Assembly (NCBI GenBank): GCA_019245575.1
Contig: JAFARE010000029.1
Location: 4,158 to 68,157, forward strand
Direction: 5' to 3'
Length of the DNA: 64,000 nt
From: Candidatus Dormiibacterota bacterium
Lineage (GTDB): Bacteria; Chloroflexota; Dormibacteria; Aeolococcales; Aeolococcaceae
The notes under the pieces: model-generated
What the model saw: the letters and a program-made list of their open reading frames with translations, nothing else
The model's database searches: none
Told to the model about the DNA's origin: nothing
In this document: positions 36,248-46,235 of the stretch, one piece after another
Position numbering within the stretch: position 1 is the stretch's first letter
How the letters are laid out: each line of letters starts with the position of its first letter
Position numbers and translations under genes: made by a program

Positions 36248-36744
36248 CGCGGTGCCGGTGTCGCCAGGCCGTCGACCACGCGTGCCGACGGCAGCTTGCG
36301 CAGCTCGTCCGGCTGCAGCCGCAGCTTCATCGAGCGGCTTCCCCCGCCGAGGATCACGAAGGGCCGCTGCATCACGAGAGAGTCCACGTACACAGGCAAC
36401 AACGGTGGAAGCCCGAACGGTGTGACACCGCCGATGGCCATCCCGGTCAATTCGCGCGTCTGCTCCGCCGCCGCGAACGAGGCCTTGCGCACGCCGAGCA
36501 GCCCGCAGACGGCGTGGTTCACGTCCAGCCGCGTGTTCGCCAGCACCACGCAGGCGCACGCCACGCCCGGCTCCCTGCGGGCGGCCACGACGATCGTGTT
36601 GGCCGAGTCCTGAGCGTCGTAGCCGTAGCGCGCGCAGAACGCTGCGGTGTCGGCGAACTCCGGGTCGCAGGGCAGCACGTCATGCTCAATCCCAAGCTCC
36701 GCCAGCTGCGATCTCACGCGCGCCTCGACAGCCTCGTCAGCCAT
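36244..36744 (-). CDS. YbaK/EbsC aminoacyl-tRNA deacylase-like protein
   Basis: CDPEFADTAAFC, SANTI, TGMAIGGVTPFG, GGGSRS. Confidence 0.88.
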   Translation of the reverse strand: MADEAVEARVRSQLAELGIEHDVLPCDPEFADTAAFCARYGYDAQDSANTIVVAARREPGVACACVVLANTRLDVNHAVCGLLGVRKASFAAAEQTRELTGMAIGGVTPFGLPPLLPVYVDSLVMQRPFVILGGGSRSMKLRLQPDELRKLPSARVVDGLATPAPR

Positions 36745-36942
36745 CGGCACCGCCTCGCCGCGCCGGGGGCGGCCCCCCTTGCCGGCCCCCGTCGCAGCTT
36801 CGGCGTTCCCCCTGCGCCTGTTCCCTGGTCTCCTGGCGACGATTCTGCGAAACGTTCGGCGGGTTGGGAAGGAAAGAGTTGTTCACAACTGTGAAGAAAG
36901 GGTAGCCGCCCATGCGATCCGCGCCGGTAGAGTCCTGCGGCA

Positions 36943-38085
36943 ATGCGAATTGCCGTTCCGGCTGAGACATTTCGTGGCGAAACCCGGGTTGCGCTGGTGC
37001 CTCGTTCGATTGCTCAGCTCACCGGCGCGAAAGCGGCGGTTGCCGTGCAGACGGGCGCCGGGGCGTCCGCCGGCTTCCCCGACGCCGCGTACCGCGAGGT
37101 CGGAGCCGAGATGGTCGCGGACCGCGACAAGGTGCTGGGCGACGCCGACGTCGTCGTGGTGGTGCGCCGTCCCGATGCGGCCGACCTGCGCAAGCTGCGG
37201 GAGGGCTCGGTCCTCATCGGGCTTCTCGATCCAGCCGGCGACCCCGATCCGGTCCGCGTCCTGGTGGAGCGCCGGATCACCGCCTTCCGCATGGAGGCGC
37301 TGCCGCGCATCAGCCGCGCCCAGGACATGGACGTGCTCTCCTCCATGGCGACGCTCGCCGGCTACCACGCCGCAGTCATGGCCGCGTACCGCCTCCCCCG
37401 CATCTTTCCGCTGCTCATGACCGCGGCGGGCACGCTCACACCCGCGCGCACGCTCGTGCTCGGCGCGGGCGTCGCGGGTCTGCAGGCGATAGCCACGTGT
37501 CGCCGCCTCGGCGCGGTGGTCGAGGCCTATGACGTGCGTCCCGCCGTGCGCGAGCAGGTGGAGAGCCTGGGCGCGCGCTTCGTGGAGGTCGGCATCGAGT
37601 CGGCCGAACAGCAGGACGCGGGTGGCTACGCCAAGGAGCTGAGCGCCGATGCGCAGAAGCGCGAGCACGAGGTCCTGACTGAGCACGTCCGCGACTCCGA
37701 CGTGGTCATCACGACCGCGTTCGTGCCGGGCAAGCCAGCGCCGGTGCTGGTCACAAGGGACATGGTCAGCGCGATGCGTCCCGGCTCGGTGATCGTCGAC
37801 CTCGCCGCATCGGCGGGCGGCAACTGCGAGTGCACGCAGCCGGACAAGGATGTCGTGGAGCACGGCGTCACGATCCTGGGGCCGACCAACCTGGCGGCCG
37901 CGATCCCGGGACAGGCGAGCCAGCTCTACTCGCACAACGTCACGCGCTTCACGCTGCAGATGCTCAAGGACGGCGCGGTGGCTCTCGACTTCGACGACCC
38001 CGTCATCGCGCAGACGTGCATGACGCACGACGGCAAGGCGATGGGCGAGCAGATGGCCGCGCTCGTCGGCGCCCCCGCATCGTGA
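36943..38085 (+). CDS. pntA: NAD(P) transhydrogenase alpha subunit part 1 (domain I)
   Basis: ETRVALVP, RISRAQDMDVLSS, GAGVAGL, GGYAKE, GGNCE. Confidence 0.95.
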   Translation: MRIAVPAETFRGETRVALVPRSIAQLTGAKAAVAVQTGAGASAGFPDAAYREVGAEMVADRDKVLGDADVVVVVRRPDAADLRKLREGSVLIGLLDPAGDPDPVRVLVERRITAFRMEALPRISRAQDMDVLSSMATLAGYHAAVMAAYRLPRIFPLLMTAAGTLTPARTLVLGAGVAGLQAIATCRRLGAVVEAYDVRPAVREQVESLGARFVEVGIESAEQQDAGGYAKELSADAQKREHEVLTEHVRDSDVVITTAFVPGKPAPVLVTRDMVSAMRPGSVIVDLAASAGGNCECTQPDKDVVEHGVTILGPTNLAAAIPGQASQLYSHNVTRFTLQMLKDGAVALDFDDPVIAQTCMTHDGKAMGEQMAALVGAPAS

Positions 38086-38420
38086 GCAGCGGTCAGACCC
38101 TGGCCCTGGGGGCGTTCATCTTCGCGCTCGCGGTGTTCGTGGGCTTCCTGCTCATCTCCAAGGTCCCCACATTGCTGCACACACCGCTCATGTCGGCGAC
38201 CAACTTCATCCACGGCATCGTGCTGGTGGGCGCGCTGACGGTCGCGGCGACCGCGCATGACGCGCTCGGTTACGTCATCGCCATCGCTGCGGTGCTGCTG
38301 GGAACGCTCAACGTGGTCGGCGGCTGGGTCGTGACCGACCGCATGCTGCACATGTTCCGCCGCCGCACCACCGAGGAACGTCCGGCGGAGACGGCGAAGC
38401 CGCCACAGGCCGAGGGCTGA
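38082..38420 (+). CDS. NAD(P) transhydrogenase alpha subunit part 2 (membrane)
   Basis: GTGA overlap; LHTPLMSATN, NVVGG, TDRML. Confidence 0.93.
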   Translation: MSSGQTLALGAFIFALAVFVGFLLISKVPTLLHTPLMSATNFIHGIVLVGALTVAATAHDALGYVIAIAAVLLGTLNVVGGWVVTDRMLHMFRRRTTEERPAETAKPPQAEG

Positions 38421-38421
38421 C

Positions 38422-39816
38422 GTGCAACCCGCGCCGCTGACGATCCTCGGCTACACGGTCACGGCGCTGTGCTTCATGTACGGCGTGCAGCTGCTGCGCT
38501 CGCCGGCCCGCGCGAGCCTGGGCAACCGCATCGCCGCGGTGGGCATGCTGCTGGTGATCGGCATCACCATCGGGCTCATCGGGGGCAATGCCAACTGGGC
38601 GTACATCGTGCCGCCCATCGTGATCGGCGCAGCGCTCGGTGCCGTCTCGGCGCGCGCGGTGCGCATGACCGCGATGCCGCAGATGGTCGCGCTGTTCAAC
38701 GGGATGGGCGGCGGCTCGGCGGCGTTGATCGCCGCGCAGGACTTCCGCACCGCCGTGGCGAACGGCACCGCGCATCCCGACATCACGTGGGCGATCATGC
38801 TGAGCTGCTTCATCGGGTCGATCAGCTTCGCGGGCAGCATCATCGCGTTCGCCAAGCTGCAGGAGCTGATGTCGGGGCGCCCGCTGACGTATCCACTGCA
38901 GACGCCGATCAACGCCGCGATCCTGCTGGCCATCGTGGCGATCGGCGTCTTCCTCATCGTCGCCAGCCAGTCGCTGCCGCTGTTCGCGGTTTTCGTCGTG
39001 CTGTCGCTGCTGCTCGGCGTGCTCTTCGTCGTACCCATCGGCGGCGCCGACATGCCCGTGATCATCTCGCTGCTCAACTCGTTCACCGGGCTCGCGGCGG
39101 CGATGACGGGCTTTGTGCTCAGCAACGACGTGCTCATCGTCAGCGGCGCGCTCGTGGGAGCGTCGGGAACCATCCTCACCATCGCGATGAGCCGGGCGAT
39201 GAACCGCTCGCTGTTCAACGTGCTCTTCGGCGCCTTCGGCGCCACGGTCGCGACACCGGGCGGGGGCGGCGGAGAGGAGGGCGGATCGGTCCACCCCACC
39301 AGCGTGGAGGATGTCGCGCCGCTGCTCGCATTCGCGCAGCTCGTCATCTTCGTGCCCGGGTATGGGATGGCGGTGGCGCGCGCGCAGCACGACGTCAAGG
39401 AGCTGGCCGACGAGCTCGAGCGGCGCGGCGTCCAGGTTGAGTACGCGATCCACCCCGTGGCCGGGCGCATGCCGGGGCACATGAACGTGCTGCTGGCGGC
39501 GGCGAACGTGCCCTATCCGCAGCTGAAGGAGATGGACGCGGTGAACCCCGACTTCCCTCGCGCCGACGTGGCCATGGTGATCGGGGCCAACGACGTGGTG
39601 AACCCCGCCGCGCGCAACGAGGCGGGCAGCCCCATCTACGGCATGCCCATCCTCAACGCCGACGAGGCCAAGACCGTGGTCGTGCTGAAGCGCAGCATGG
39701 CGACCGGGTTCGCAGGCGTGGACAACCCCCTGTTCTACAAGCCGAACACGCTGATGCTCTTCGGCGACGCGCGCCAGTCCATCGCGTCCTTGACCGCCGA
39801 GGTCAAGCACCAGTAG
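38422..39816 (+). CDS. pntB: NAD(P) transhydrogenase beta subunit
   Basis: GGADMPVIIS, HPVAGRMPGHMNVLL, GANDVVNP. Confidence 0.96.
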   Translation: MQPAPLTILGYTVTALCFMYGVQLLRSPARASLGNRIAAVGMLLVIGITIGLIGGNANWAYIVPPIVIGAALGAVSARAVRMTAMPQMVALFNGMGGGSAALIAAQDFRTAVANGTAHPDITWAIMLSCFIGSISFAGSIIAFAKLQELMSGRPLTYPLQTPINAAILLAIVAIGVFLIVASQSLPLFAVFVVLSLLLGVLFVVPIGGADMPVIISLLNSFTGLAAAMTGFVLSNDVLIVSGALVGASGTILTIAMSRAMNRSLFNVLFGAFGATVATPGGGGGEEGGSVHPTSVEDVAPLLAFAQLVIFVPGYGMAVARAQHDVKELADELERRGVQVEYAIHPVAGRMPGHMNVLLAAANVPYPQLKEMDAVNPDFPRADVAMVIGANDVVNPAARNEAGSPIYGMPILNADEAKTVVVLKRSMATGFAGVDNPLFYKPNTLMLFGDARQSIASLTAEVKHQ

Positions 39817-39855
39817 GCAGTAGCCAAACCGCGCGCGATGCGTTGTACTGGACGC

Positions 39856-40308
39856 ATGCGAGCGCAATTCCAGGTCGCGGTCGGCGCCGGACGGGCGGCG
39901 GTGAGCCTCAGCTTCGAGCGCTGGCGCGCCGAGCAGACGGTGACGCGGCGCTGGCTCGTGCTGCTCGCCGCCGTGCTGACGGTGCCATTTGCCGCCGCGC
40001 TGGCCGCCGCCGCTGTGGACAGCGCGATCCATGCCGCGCCCGCCCACGCCGCGGTCGCCGCCGGGTCACCCGGCTGGGCCCGCCTGATCCTGCTGGGACC
40101 ACCCCTCGCGCTGATCCTGCTCGCGCTGTCGCGGGTCCGCCTGCACGCCCAGCGAGATGAGGGACGCTGGACCGGCACCGTCAGCGCGCAGCTGGGCTGG
40201 CTCGAGCTGGCGGTCGGCCTCCTCGCCCTGGCCGTGGTCGTGGTGTTCTTCGGCCATCTCGTGGCCGACTCCTGGGCGTGCGCCAACGGCGTGCACTCGG
40301 CCTGCTGA
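39856..40308 (+). CDS. Hypothetical membrane protein (three TM)
   Basis: Three hydrophobic stretches; start uncertain (39838 or 39856). Confidence 0.6.
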   Translation: MRAQFQVAVGAGRAAVSLSFERWRAEQTVTRRWLVLLAAVLTVPFAAALAAAAVDSAIHAAPAHAAVAAGSPGWARLILLGPPLALILLALSRVRLHAQRDEGRWTGTVSAQLGWLELAVGLLALAVVVVFFGHLVADSWACANGVHSAC

Positions 40309-40353
40309 GAGACGCGACGGGCTGTTGTCGCGGGCGGCGCTCACGCTGCCGTC

Positions 40354-40551
40354 ATGGACACCGACTGCACGGTCATCGACGCGGCCGTTCGCTTTCTCCG
40401 CACCAACCCTGAGCTCGTCGCCTGCGCCCGCGCCGGCGCCGAGGGGACCGGCCTCAGCGTCGAGGAGTTGCTGGCCGAGACCGTCCGGCGCGCTCGCTCA
40501 GCCGCTGAGACCGTAGCGGAGGAAGAGGTGGTCGCCCGCACGGCGGGCTGA
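40354..40551 (+). CDS. Small hypothetical protein
   Basis: 65 aa helical-looking ORF filling the intergenic space. Confidence 0.45.
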   Translation: MDTDCTVIDAAVRFLRTNPELVACARAGAEGTGLSVEELLAETVRRARSAAETVAEEEVVARTAG

Positions 40552-41331
40552 CACCAGCTCCGCCCGCTTCAGCCCGTGCGGGCCGGCCACGAACTCGTTG
40601 ACCAGTGCCAGGCGCGGGTGGGACGGGTCGCGGCCCGCCAGCCACGGGGCGACCGTGAGGAAGAGCTCGTGCAGGCTGCCGGCTCGGAGCAGCGCGCCCA
40701 CGAGTGACGGCCCGCCCTCAGTGAGCACGAGTCCTGGTCCGAGCTCGGCCGCGAGCTCCGCGAGCAGGTCCTCGCCGTTGATCGGCCGGCCGCTTCCGGC
40801 GACGACCGTCCGGAGGCGCGGGAACGCCGCCCGGACGCGGGGCAGACCCTGCGGCGTCGTGGCCACAACCGGCTCGGTCTGCGGATCGGTGAGGGCGACG
40901 TGCGACGGCAGCTGCCCGCTGCCGGTCACCACCACAAGGGGCGCCGGGCTATCCGGGAGGCCCAGCCCGGCGCGGTAGGCGGCCAGCTCCGCGGCCTGGC
41001 CGGGTGCGACCGCCCCCGGCGTCCACTGATGGCCCACGCTGGCCCGCAGCGTGCCCGCGCCGATCATCACGGCACCGGCCGCGGCGCGCAGCATCCCCAT
41101 GAGGTAGCGGTCGGCGGCGTCGTGCCCGCTGACCGTCGAGGAGTCGGTCCCGTCGTGCAGCCCCAGCGACACGACGCCGTCGATCGTTGCGACAAAGTTG
41201 GCCACAACTCGCGGGTGCGGCTGCTGCGCGAAGCGAAGCGGACCGCCATACATGCGCTCGGCGTCAGTCTGCCCCTCACCCTCCGATGGGGTGAGGAGCT
41301 CGAACGCGAAGCCAGCGCGCCCCGGGGTCAC
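40498..41331 (-). CDS. RibD C-terminal/dihydrofolate reductase-like protein
   Basis: NFVATIDG, IGAGTLR, TEGGPSL, ELFLTVAP, LFLRY. Confidence 0.9.
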   Translation of the reverse strand: MTPGRAGFAFELLTPSEGEGQTDAERMYGGPLRFAQQPHPRVVANFVATIDGVVSLGLHDGTDSSTVSGHDAADRYLMGMLRAAAGAVMIGAGTLRASVGHQWTPGAVAPGQAAELAAYRAGLGLPDSPAPLVVVTGSGQLPSHVALTDPQTEPVVATTPQGLPRVRAAFPRLRTVVAGSGRPINGEDLLAELAAELGPGLVLTEGGPSLVGALLRAGSLHELFLTVAPWLAGRDPSHPRLALVNEFVAGPHGLKRAELVSARRAGDHLFLRYGLSG

Positions 41332-41344
41332 GCGCTCCGCTCGG

Positions 41345-43942
41345 TCACACAGCCGTCTTCGACGGCGCCAGCACCTCGTCCAGCATGGCGAGAAAGTCCG
41401 CGATCTTGGCCGGTTTGACGATGTACGCGCGCGCCCCCATGTCGAGGAGGCGCTTGATCTGCCGTTCCGTCGCGTCGGCGCTGAACATCACCACAGGGAT
41501 GCTCGCCGTCTGGGAATCCTCGCGCAGCTGCTTGAGCACCTGGTCACCCGACATGTCGGGAAGGTGAAGGTCGAGCACGATGAGCGACGGGTTGTGCTCG
41601 CGCGCCAGATCCAGTGCGATGCTGCCCTGCAGCGCGTTGATCATGCGGATGCCCGGCCGCATGGCGAAGACGTCCTCCATCAGATCGACGGTGGCCAGGT
41701 TGTCCTCGACGTAGAGCACCGTGTGCTCCGCGGCGTCAGCAGCAGGCTGCTCCTGACGCACCGGCGGCCGCCGCCGTTCCGGCACCGCCTCGAGCGCCGC
41801 GCGCTGCAGCGTGATCCAGAAGGTGCTGCCCCTGCCCTCCTCCGAGGTGACCCCGATCTCCCCGCCCATCGCCTCCACGAGCTTCTTGGTCAGCGCGAGA
41901 CCGAGGCCCGTGCCGGGTGTGCCGGTGCGCTCCGCGCCCAGACGCTCGAACGGCTGGAACAGACGGCGCTGCAGCTCGGAGCTCAACCCGGGCCCGGTGT
42001 CGACCACCGACAGTCGCACCCTGCTGTCCGGCGTCGTCTCCGCGCGCACGGTCACGCTGGCGCCGCGACCCGCGTACTTCACCGCGTTGGACATGAGGTT
42101 GAGCAGCGCCTGCACCAGCCGCTGCCGGTCGGCCTGCACCACCGCGTCCGAGGTGCCATCCAGCTCGCGATTCACCGAGATGCCGTGGTCGCGCGCCGCG
42201 GGGCGCACCAGGCGCATGCACTCCTCCACCACCGCGCCCAGCGACACCGGCTCCGGTGCGAGCGTTTCTCGTCCCGCCTCGATGCGCGCGATGTCGAGCA
42301 CGTCGTTGACCAGGCTCAGGAGGTGGCTCGACGCCTCCTGGATGGCGGTGACAGCCTCCAGCTGGTCGTCGCGCGGGTCGCGCAGCTCGAGCAGGTCGCT
42401 GTATCCGAGGATGGCGGTGAGCGGTGTGCGCAGCTCGTGGCTCATGCGCGAGAGGTACTCGCTCTTGGCCGCGCTGGCTCGCTCCGCTTCGTCGCGCGCC
42501 CGGCGCAGGTCCTCGGCCGACTGCTTCTCACGGGTCACGTCGCGGTTGATCTCGAGCACGACGTCGGGGTTGCCCTCGTCGTCGAGCTGCAGCGCCCACC
42601 GCGCGCTGACGATGACGTGCCGTCCGTCCTTGGTCACCTGGCTGATCTCGGCCTCCCAGCCGCCGCGGTCGCGCAGGAGCTGCACCAGCTCGTCGCGGGG
42701 CACCGGCAGCGCGCTGTGCAGCAGCGCGCTCGGCTCCTGGCCCAGCGCCTCCTCCGACGTCCAGCCGTACATCGCCTGGGCGGCGCGGTTCCAGTAGCGC
42801 ACCTGCCCGTTCCTCGCATCCCAGGCGAGGATGGGGTTGTACGCCAGGTCGAGCAGCTCGCCGGTGCGGCGCACCCGTTCCACCAGCAGCACCCTGTCGA
42901 GCGCGGTGGTGACGGAGCTCGCGTAGTCCTGCAGGCGAGCCACCTCCTCCGCGCCGAAGAGTGGCGTGAGCGGCCCCGCCTGCACGGCGAGCACGCCCTT
43001 GCTGAACTGCGACTCCAGCCTCGCCTGCACCACGGTCGACGTGGAGCGCGCCCGCGGCTCGCCAGAAGCGTCGGCGGCGACGAGGGCCCGGCCCGCTTTA
43101 GCCTCGATTCCCCGGGTGACGGTGAGCTTGCCGTCGTCCGTCGCCAGCACCGCGATGCTGGCGCCCAGCAGCCGCGCCGCCCATTCGAGCGCACGCTCCG
43201 CCAGCGTCACACGGTCAGGCGAGAAGAGCAGCAGGTCGTTGAGGGCGAGCCGGAAGGCGCGCTCCTCCTCGGACCGCCAGAAGCGGCGGATCCAGCGCGG
43301 CGGCGCGAACGCCAGGTAGAACAGGGGCAGCAACAGCGCGGCGAGCGGTGTGGCTGTGGCGCTGTAGATCGCCTCTGCGGCGGGCAGGAAGCTCGCCACC
43401 ACGCCCATGACCAGGATGAGCACGATGCCCGCGTAGGCCGCGACCAGCGCCCGCGCCCGGGCGCGCTGCACGCGAGGCAGGCGGTGCGACAAGCGCCAGA
43501 TGCGGTAGATCGGCTCGCAGACGCACGCGCCCCAGACGGCGACCAGCGTGAGTCCCGCGACGCTCTGCAGCGCCGTGACCTTGGTGCTGCTGAGGCTGCC
43601 GGGTGCGTAGGCCACGATCAGCAGGATCGAGTCGCCGAGCACCAGCAGGCCGGACCCGATGCGCACCGCCCTGGGCAGCGGCACGAGCGTGTCCCGGAAG
43701 AGCAGGAAGGCCCAGCCCGACAGGGCGAAGAGCACGAGTGTGGCGTCGATGAGCGCGGCAGAGGTCGACGCCCCGCTGCCGAACGTGCTGATGAGGGCCA
43801 CGGCGCCGATCAGCCCGATCGAGGCGGCGAGGAACCGCCGGTAGTAGTCGCGGTGGCGCAGCCAGTCCACGACGGTGAGCAGGCCGAGCAGGCCGAAGGC
43901 TCCCCCCAATGCCCATTGCAGCGCCTGGGAAGCCGCGCTCAC
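41345..43942 (-). CDS. Membrane hybrid sensor histidine kinase (multi-TM, PAS, HisKA, HATPase, REC)
   Basis: WNRAAQAMYGW, MSHELRTPL, NLMSNAVKY, DTGPG, GTGLGL, YVEDN, LDLHLPD. Confidence 0.95.
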   Translation of the reverse strand: MSAASQALQWALGGAFGLLGLLTVVDWLRHRDYYRRFLAASIGLIGAVALISTFGSGASTSAALIDATLVLFALSGWAFLLFRDTLVPLPRAVRIGSGLLVLGDSILLIVAYAPGSLSSTKVTALQSVAGLTLVAVWGACVCEPIYRIWRLSHRLPRVQRARARALVAAYAGIVLILVMGVVASFLPAAEAIYSATATPLAALLLPLFYLAFAPPRWIRRFWRSEEERAFRLALNDLLLFSPDRVTLAERALEWAARLLGASIAVLATDDGKLTVTRGIEAKAGRALVAADASGEPRARSTSTVVQARLESQFSKGVLAVQAGPLTPLFGAEEVARLQDYASSVTTALDRVLLVERVRRTGELLDLAYNPILAWDARNGQVRYWNRAAQAMYGWTSEEALGQEPSALLHSALPVPRDELVQLLRDRGGWEAEISQVTKDGRHVIVSARWALQLDDEGNPDVVLEINRDVTREKQSAEDLRRARDEAERASAAKSEYLSRMSHELRTPLTAILGYSDLLELRDPRDDQLEAVTAIQEASSHLLSLVNDVLDIARIEAGRETLAPEPVSLGAVVEECMRLVRPAARDHGISVNRELDGTSDAVVQADRQRLVQALLNLMSNAVKYAGRGASVTVRAETTPDSRVRLSVVDTGPGLSSELQRRLFQPFERLGAERTGTPGTGLGLALTKKLVEAMGGEIGVTSEEGRGSTFWITLQRAALEAVPERRRPPVRQEQPAADAAEHTVLYVEDNLATVDLMEDVFAMRPGIRMINALQGSIALDLAREHNPSLIVLDLHLPDMSGDQVLKQLREDSQTASIPVVMFSADATERQIKRLLDMGARAYIVKPAKIADFLAMLDEVLAPSKTAV

Positions 43943-44024
43943 GGTGCCTCAGTATCGGATGTGATGGGGCAACGACGAGAGTTTTCGTCGATTGGGACAG
44001 GATCGCGACGAGTCGGGCAGGTGC

Positions 44025-45125
44025 TCAGGAGGGGACTGGCGCCCGTTCCAGCGCCGCCACCACCGCATCCGCCACCTGGGAGGTGCCCACCGCGCTGGGG
44101 TCGTCGCGCTGCTGCTTCATGTCGTACGTGACGCTGTGCCCTTCGGCGATGACCGCGGCGATGGCTGCTTCGAGCCGGTCGCCGGCCTCGCGCTCTCCGA
44201 TGTGGCGCAGCATCAGCACGCCGCTCAGCATCATCGCCATCGGGTTGGCCTTGTTCTGACCGGCGTACTTCGGCGCGCTGCCGTGCGTTGCCTCGAAGAC
44301 CGCGATCTCGTCGCCCGTGTTGGCGCCCGGCGCGAGACCCAGGCCGCCCACCAGTCCGGCGCACAGGTCACTGAGGATGTCGCCGTACAGGTTGGGCATG
44401 ACCATGACCTCGTACAGCTCCGGCTTCTGCACCAGCTGCATGGCCATGTTGTCGACGATGCGGTCCTCGAACTCGATGTCCGGGAACTCCTTGCTCACCT
44501 CTTCCGCAACTCGCAACCACAGCCCGTCGGTGTGCTTCATGATGTTCGCCTTGTGCACCGCCGTCACCTTGTGGCGGCCGTTGTCACGGGCCCATTGGAA
44601 GGCGAAGCGGTACACGCGCTGCGTGCCATAGATCGATATCGGCTTGATGCTGATGCCTGAGTCGTCCCGGATCCTGCGCCCGCCCAACCGCTCGATTGCC
44701 TCGATGAGCTCGAGTGTTTGCGGCTCAGCCTCGGCGAACTCGATGCCCGCGTAGAGGTCCTCGGTGTTCTCGCGGACGATGACGAGGTCGACGTTCTCGT
44801 AGCGGCTGCGCACCCCCGGGTACCACTTGCACGGCCGCACCAGCGCGAAGAGATCGAGCTCACGTCGCAGGGCCACATTGACGCTGCGGATTCCCTTGCC
44901 AACCGGTGTCGTCAGCGGTCCCTTGATGGCGACCTTGTTGCGCCGGATGGAGTCGAGAACGTGCGCGGGCATCGGCTCGCCGTAGCGCTCCATCACGTCG
45001 AGGCCGGCGTCGTGCACCTCCCATTCGATGTCGGCGCCGGTCGCGTCGATGACGCGCCGCGCCGCAGCGCTCACCTCGGGACCGACGCCATCGCCGGGGA
45101 TCAGCGTGATCGTGTGTCGAGCCAT
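44025..45125 (-). CDS. icd: Isocitrate/isopropylmalate dehydrogenase family (NAD-IDH-like)
   Basis: [67 protein letters not shown]. Confidence 0.9.
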   Translation of the reverse strand: MARHTITLIPGDGVGPEVSAAARRVIDATGADIEWEVHDAGLDVMERYGEPMPAHVLDSIRRNKVAIKGPLTTPVGKGIRSVNVALRRELDLFALVRPCKWYPGVRSRYENVDLVIVRENTEDLYAGIEFAEAEPQTLELIEAIERLGGRRIRDDSGISIKPISIYGTQRVYRFAFQWARDNGRHKVTAVHKANIMKHTDGLWLRVAEEVSKEFPDIEFEDRIVDNMAMQLVQKPELYEVMVMPNLYGDILSDLCAGLVGGLGLAPGANTGDEIAVFEATHGSAPKYAGQNKANPMAMMLSGVLMLRHIGEREAGDRLEAAIAAVIAEGHSVTYDMKQQRDDPSAVGTSQVADAVVAALERAPVPS

Positions 45126-45224
45126 GCTGGGGAGTGCCTCCGTGCGCCGCGTCCTACTGCCGACGCATTGTGCCGCCTGTCGTGCAGCGGCCGGTTCTGG
45201 ATGGGGAGGCAGAGATGTCCTTCC

Positions 45225-45321
45225 GGCGGGACGCGGTCGAAGCCCCTCCGGGGCCTCGCCGCTCGACACTCGGCTCGACTCACGCTCCGAGCCGGACCGT
45301 CTCGCCTCCGTGACGCCCGCC
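45225..45321. repeat. Structured dispersed repeat, copy B
   Basis: Core 45268-45311 matches copy A at 39/44; closing stem GGCGGG/CCCGCC; same bulged hairpin architecture. Confidence 0.85.
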
Positions 45322-45365
45322 TTCACGACACCTCCGCCTCCCCATCCAGTGCGCACACTGCCCGG

Positions 45366-46226
45366 ATGCGGACGGATGCGCTGCGGCGCTGGTACGCGGC
45401 GCACGGACGCCATACGTTGCCGTGGCGCTCGACACACGATCCCTGGGCGGTGCTCGTGTCCGAGGTGATGCTGCAGCAGACGCAGGTGGCGCGCGTCGTG
45501 CCCAAGTGGGAGGCGTTCATGGCCCGCTGGCCGTCGCCCGAGGCCTGCGCCGGGGCCGAGCTCACGGAGGTCCTGCGGCTCTGGCAGGGGCTGGGGTACC
45601 CGCGGCGGGCACTGGCGCTGCATCGCTGCGCACAGATCGTCTCCGCGCAGGGCTGGCCCAAGTCCCAGGCCGGGCTGCGTGCCCTCCCCGGCGTCGGCGC
45701 CTACACGGCGCGGGCGCTGCTCGCCCTGGCGTTCCGACGACCCGGGCGGCCGCCGCTCGACGTGAACATCCGCCGCGTCGGCGCCAGGGCCGGGCTCGCC
45801 GCCGAGCCGCACCAGGTCACCGACGCCGCTGTCGAAGAGGCGCTGATGACGGCGCGCCCTGCCCGCATGAGCCGGCGGGACTACACGCTCGCGCTGTTCG
45901 ACGCGGGGGCGCTGCACTGCCGGGCCGTGCCCCGCTGCGACGGGTGTCCCCTCGCGGGCGGCTGCGCATGGCGCAGGCGGCCGCCCGCTGCAGCGGCGGG
46001 CGAGCGCCGGCGACAGCCGCGGTACGAGGGGAGCTTCCGCCAGCTGCGCGGAGCGCTCCTCGACGCCTGGCTGCGCACACGCAGCGGGGACGAGGCGGAG
46101 CTCGCCGCGGCTGCGGCCGCCGGCCTCCAGAGCGCGGCGGATGCCGAGCGCGTGGCGCGTGCGCTGCACAGCCTGGTGGCCGACGGGCTCATTCCCGCCG
46201 AACGCGCTCCGTCACAGGCTGGCTAA
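45366..46226 (+). CDS. mutY: A/G-specific adenine glycosylase (short form)
   Basis: [40 protein letters not shown], Cx6Cx2Cx5C Fe-S motif. Confidence 0.93.
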   Translation: MRTDALRRWYAAHGRHTLPWRSTHDPWAVLVSEVMLQQTQVARVVPKWEAFMARWPSPEACAGAELTEVLRLWQGLGYPRRALALHRCAQIVSAQGWPKSQAGLRALPGVGAYTARALLALAFRRPGRPPLDVNIRRVGARAGLAAEPHQVTDAAVEEALMTARPARMSRRDYTLALFDAGALHCRAVPRCDGCPLAGGCAWRRRPPAAAAGERRRQPRYEGSFRQLRGALLDAWLRTRSGDEAELAAAAAAGLQSAADAERVARALHSLVADGLIPAERAPSQAG

Positions 46227-46235
46227 TGTCGGCGG

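Noticed and set aside
36943..39816. Split pntA as a pseudogene
   Set aside because: The three-gene pntAA/pntAB/pntB layout is a known natural arrangement, and the genes are coupled with intact motifs.
41198..44131. 977-aa plus-strand ORF
   Set aside because: Antisense shadow of the hybrid histidine kinase.
25191..45311. CRISPR, tRNA or known self-cleaving ribozyme interpretation of the two-copy repeat
   Set aside because: Only two copies 20 kb apart, no spacers or cas genes, no T-loop/CCA features, and no hammerhead CUGANGA/GAAA core.
44025..46226. Long overlapping extensions of the icd (to 46169) and mutY (from 44718) ORFs
   Set aside because: Family motifs begin at 45125 and 45366; the extensions are stop-free GC-rich reads.
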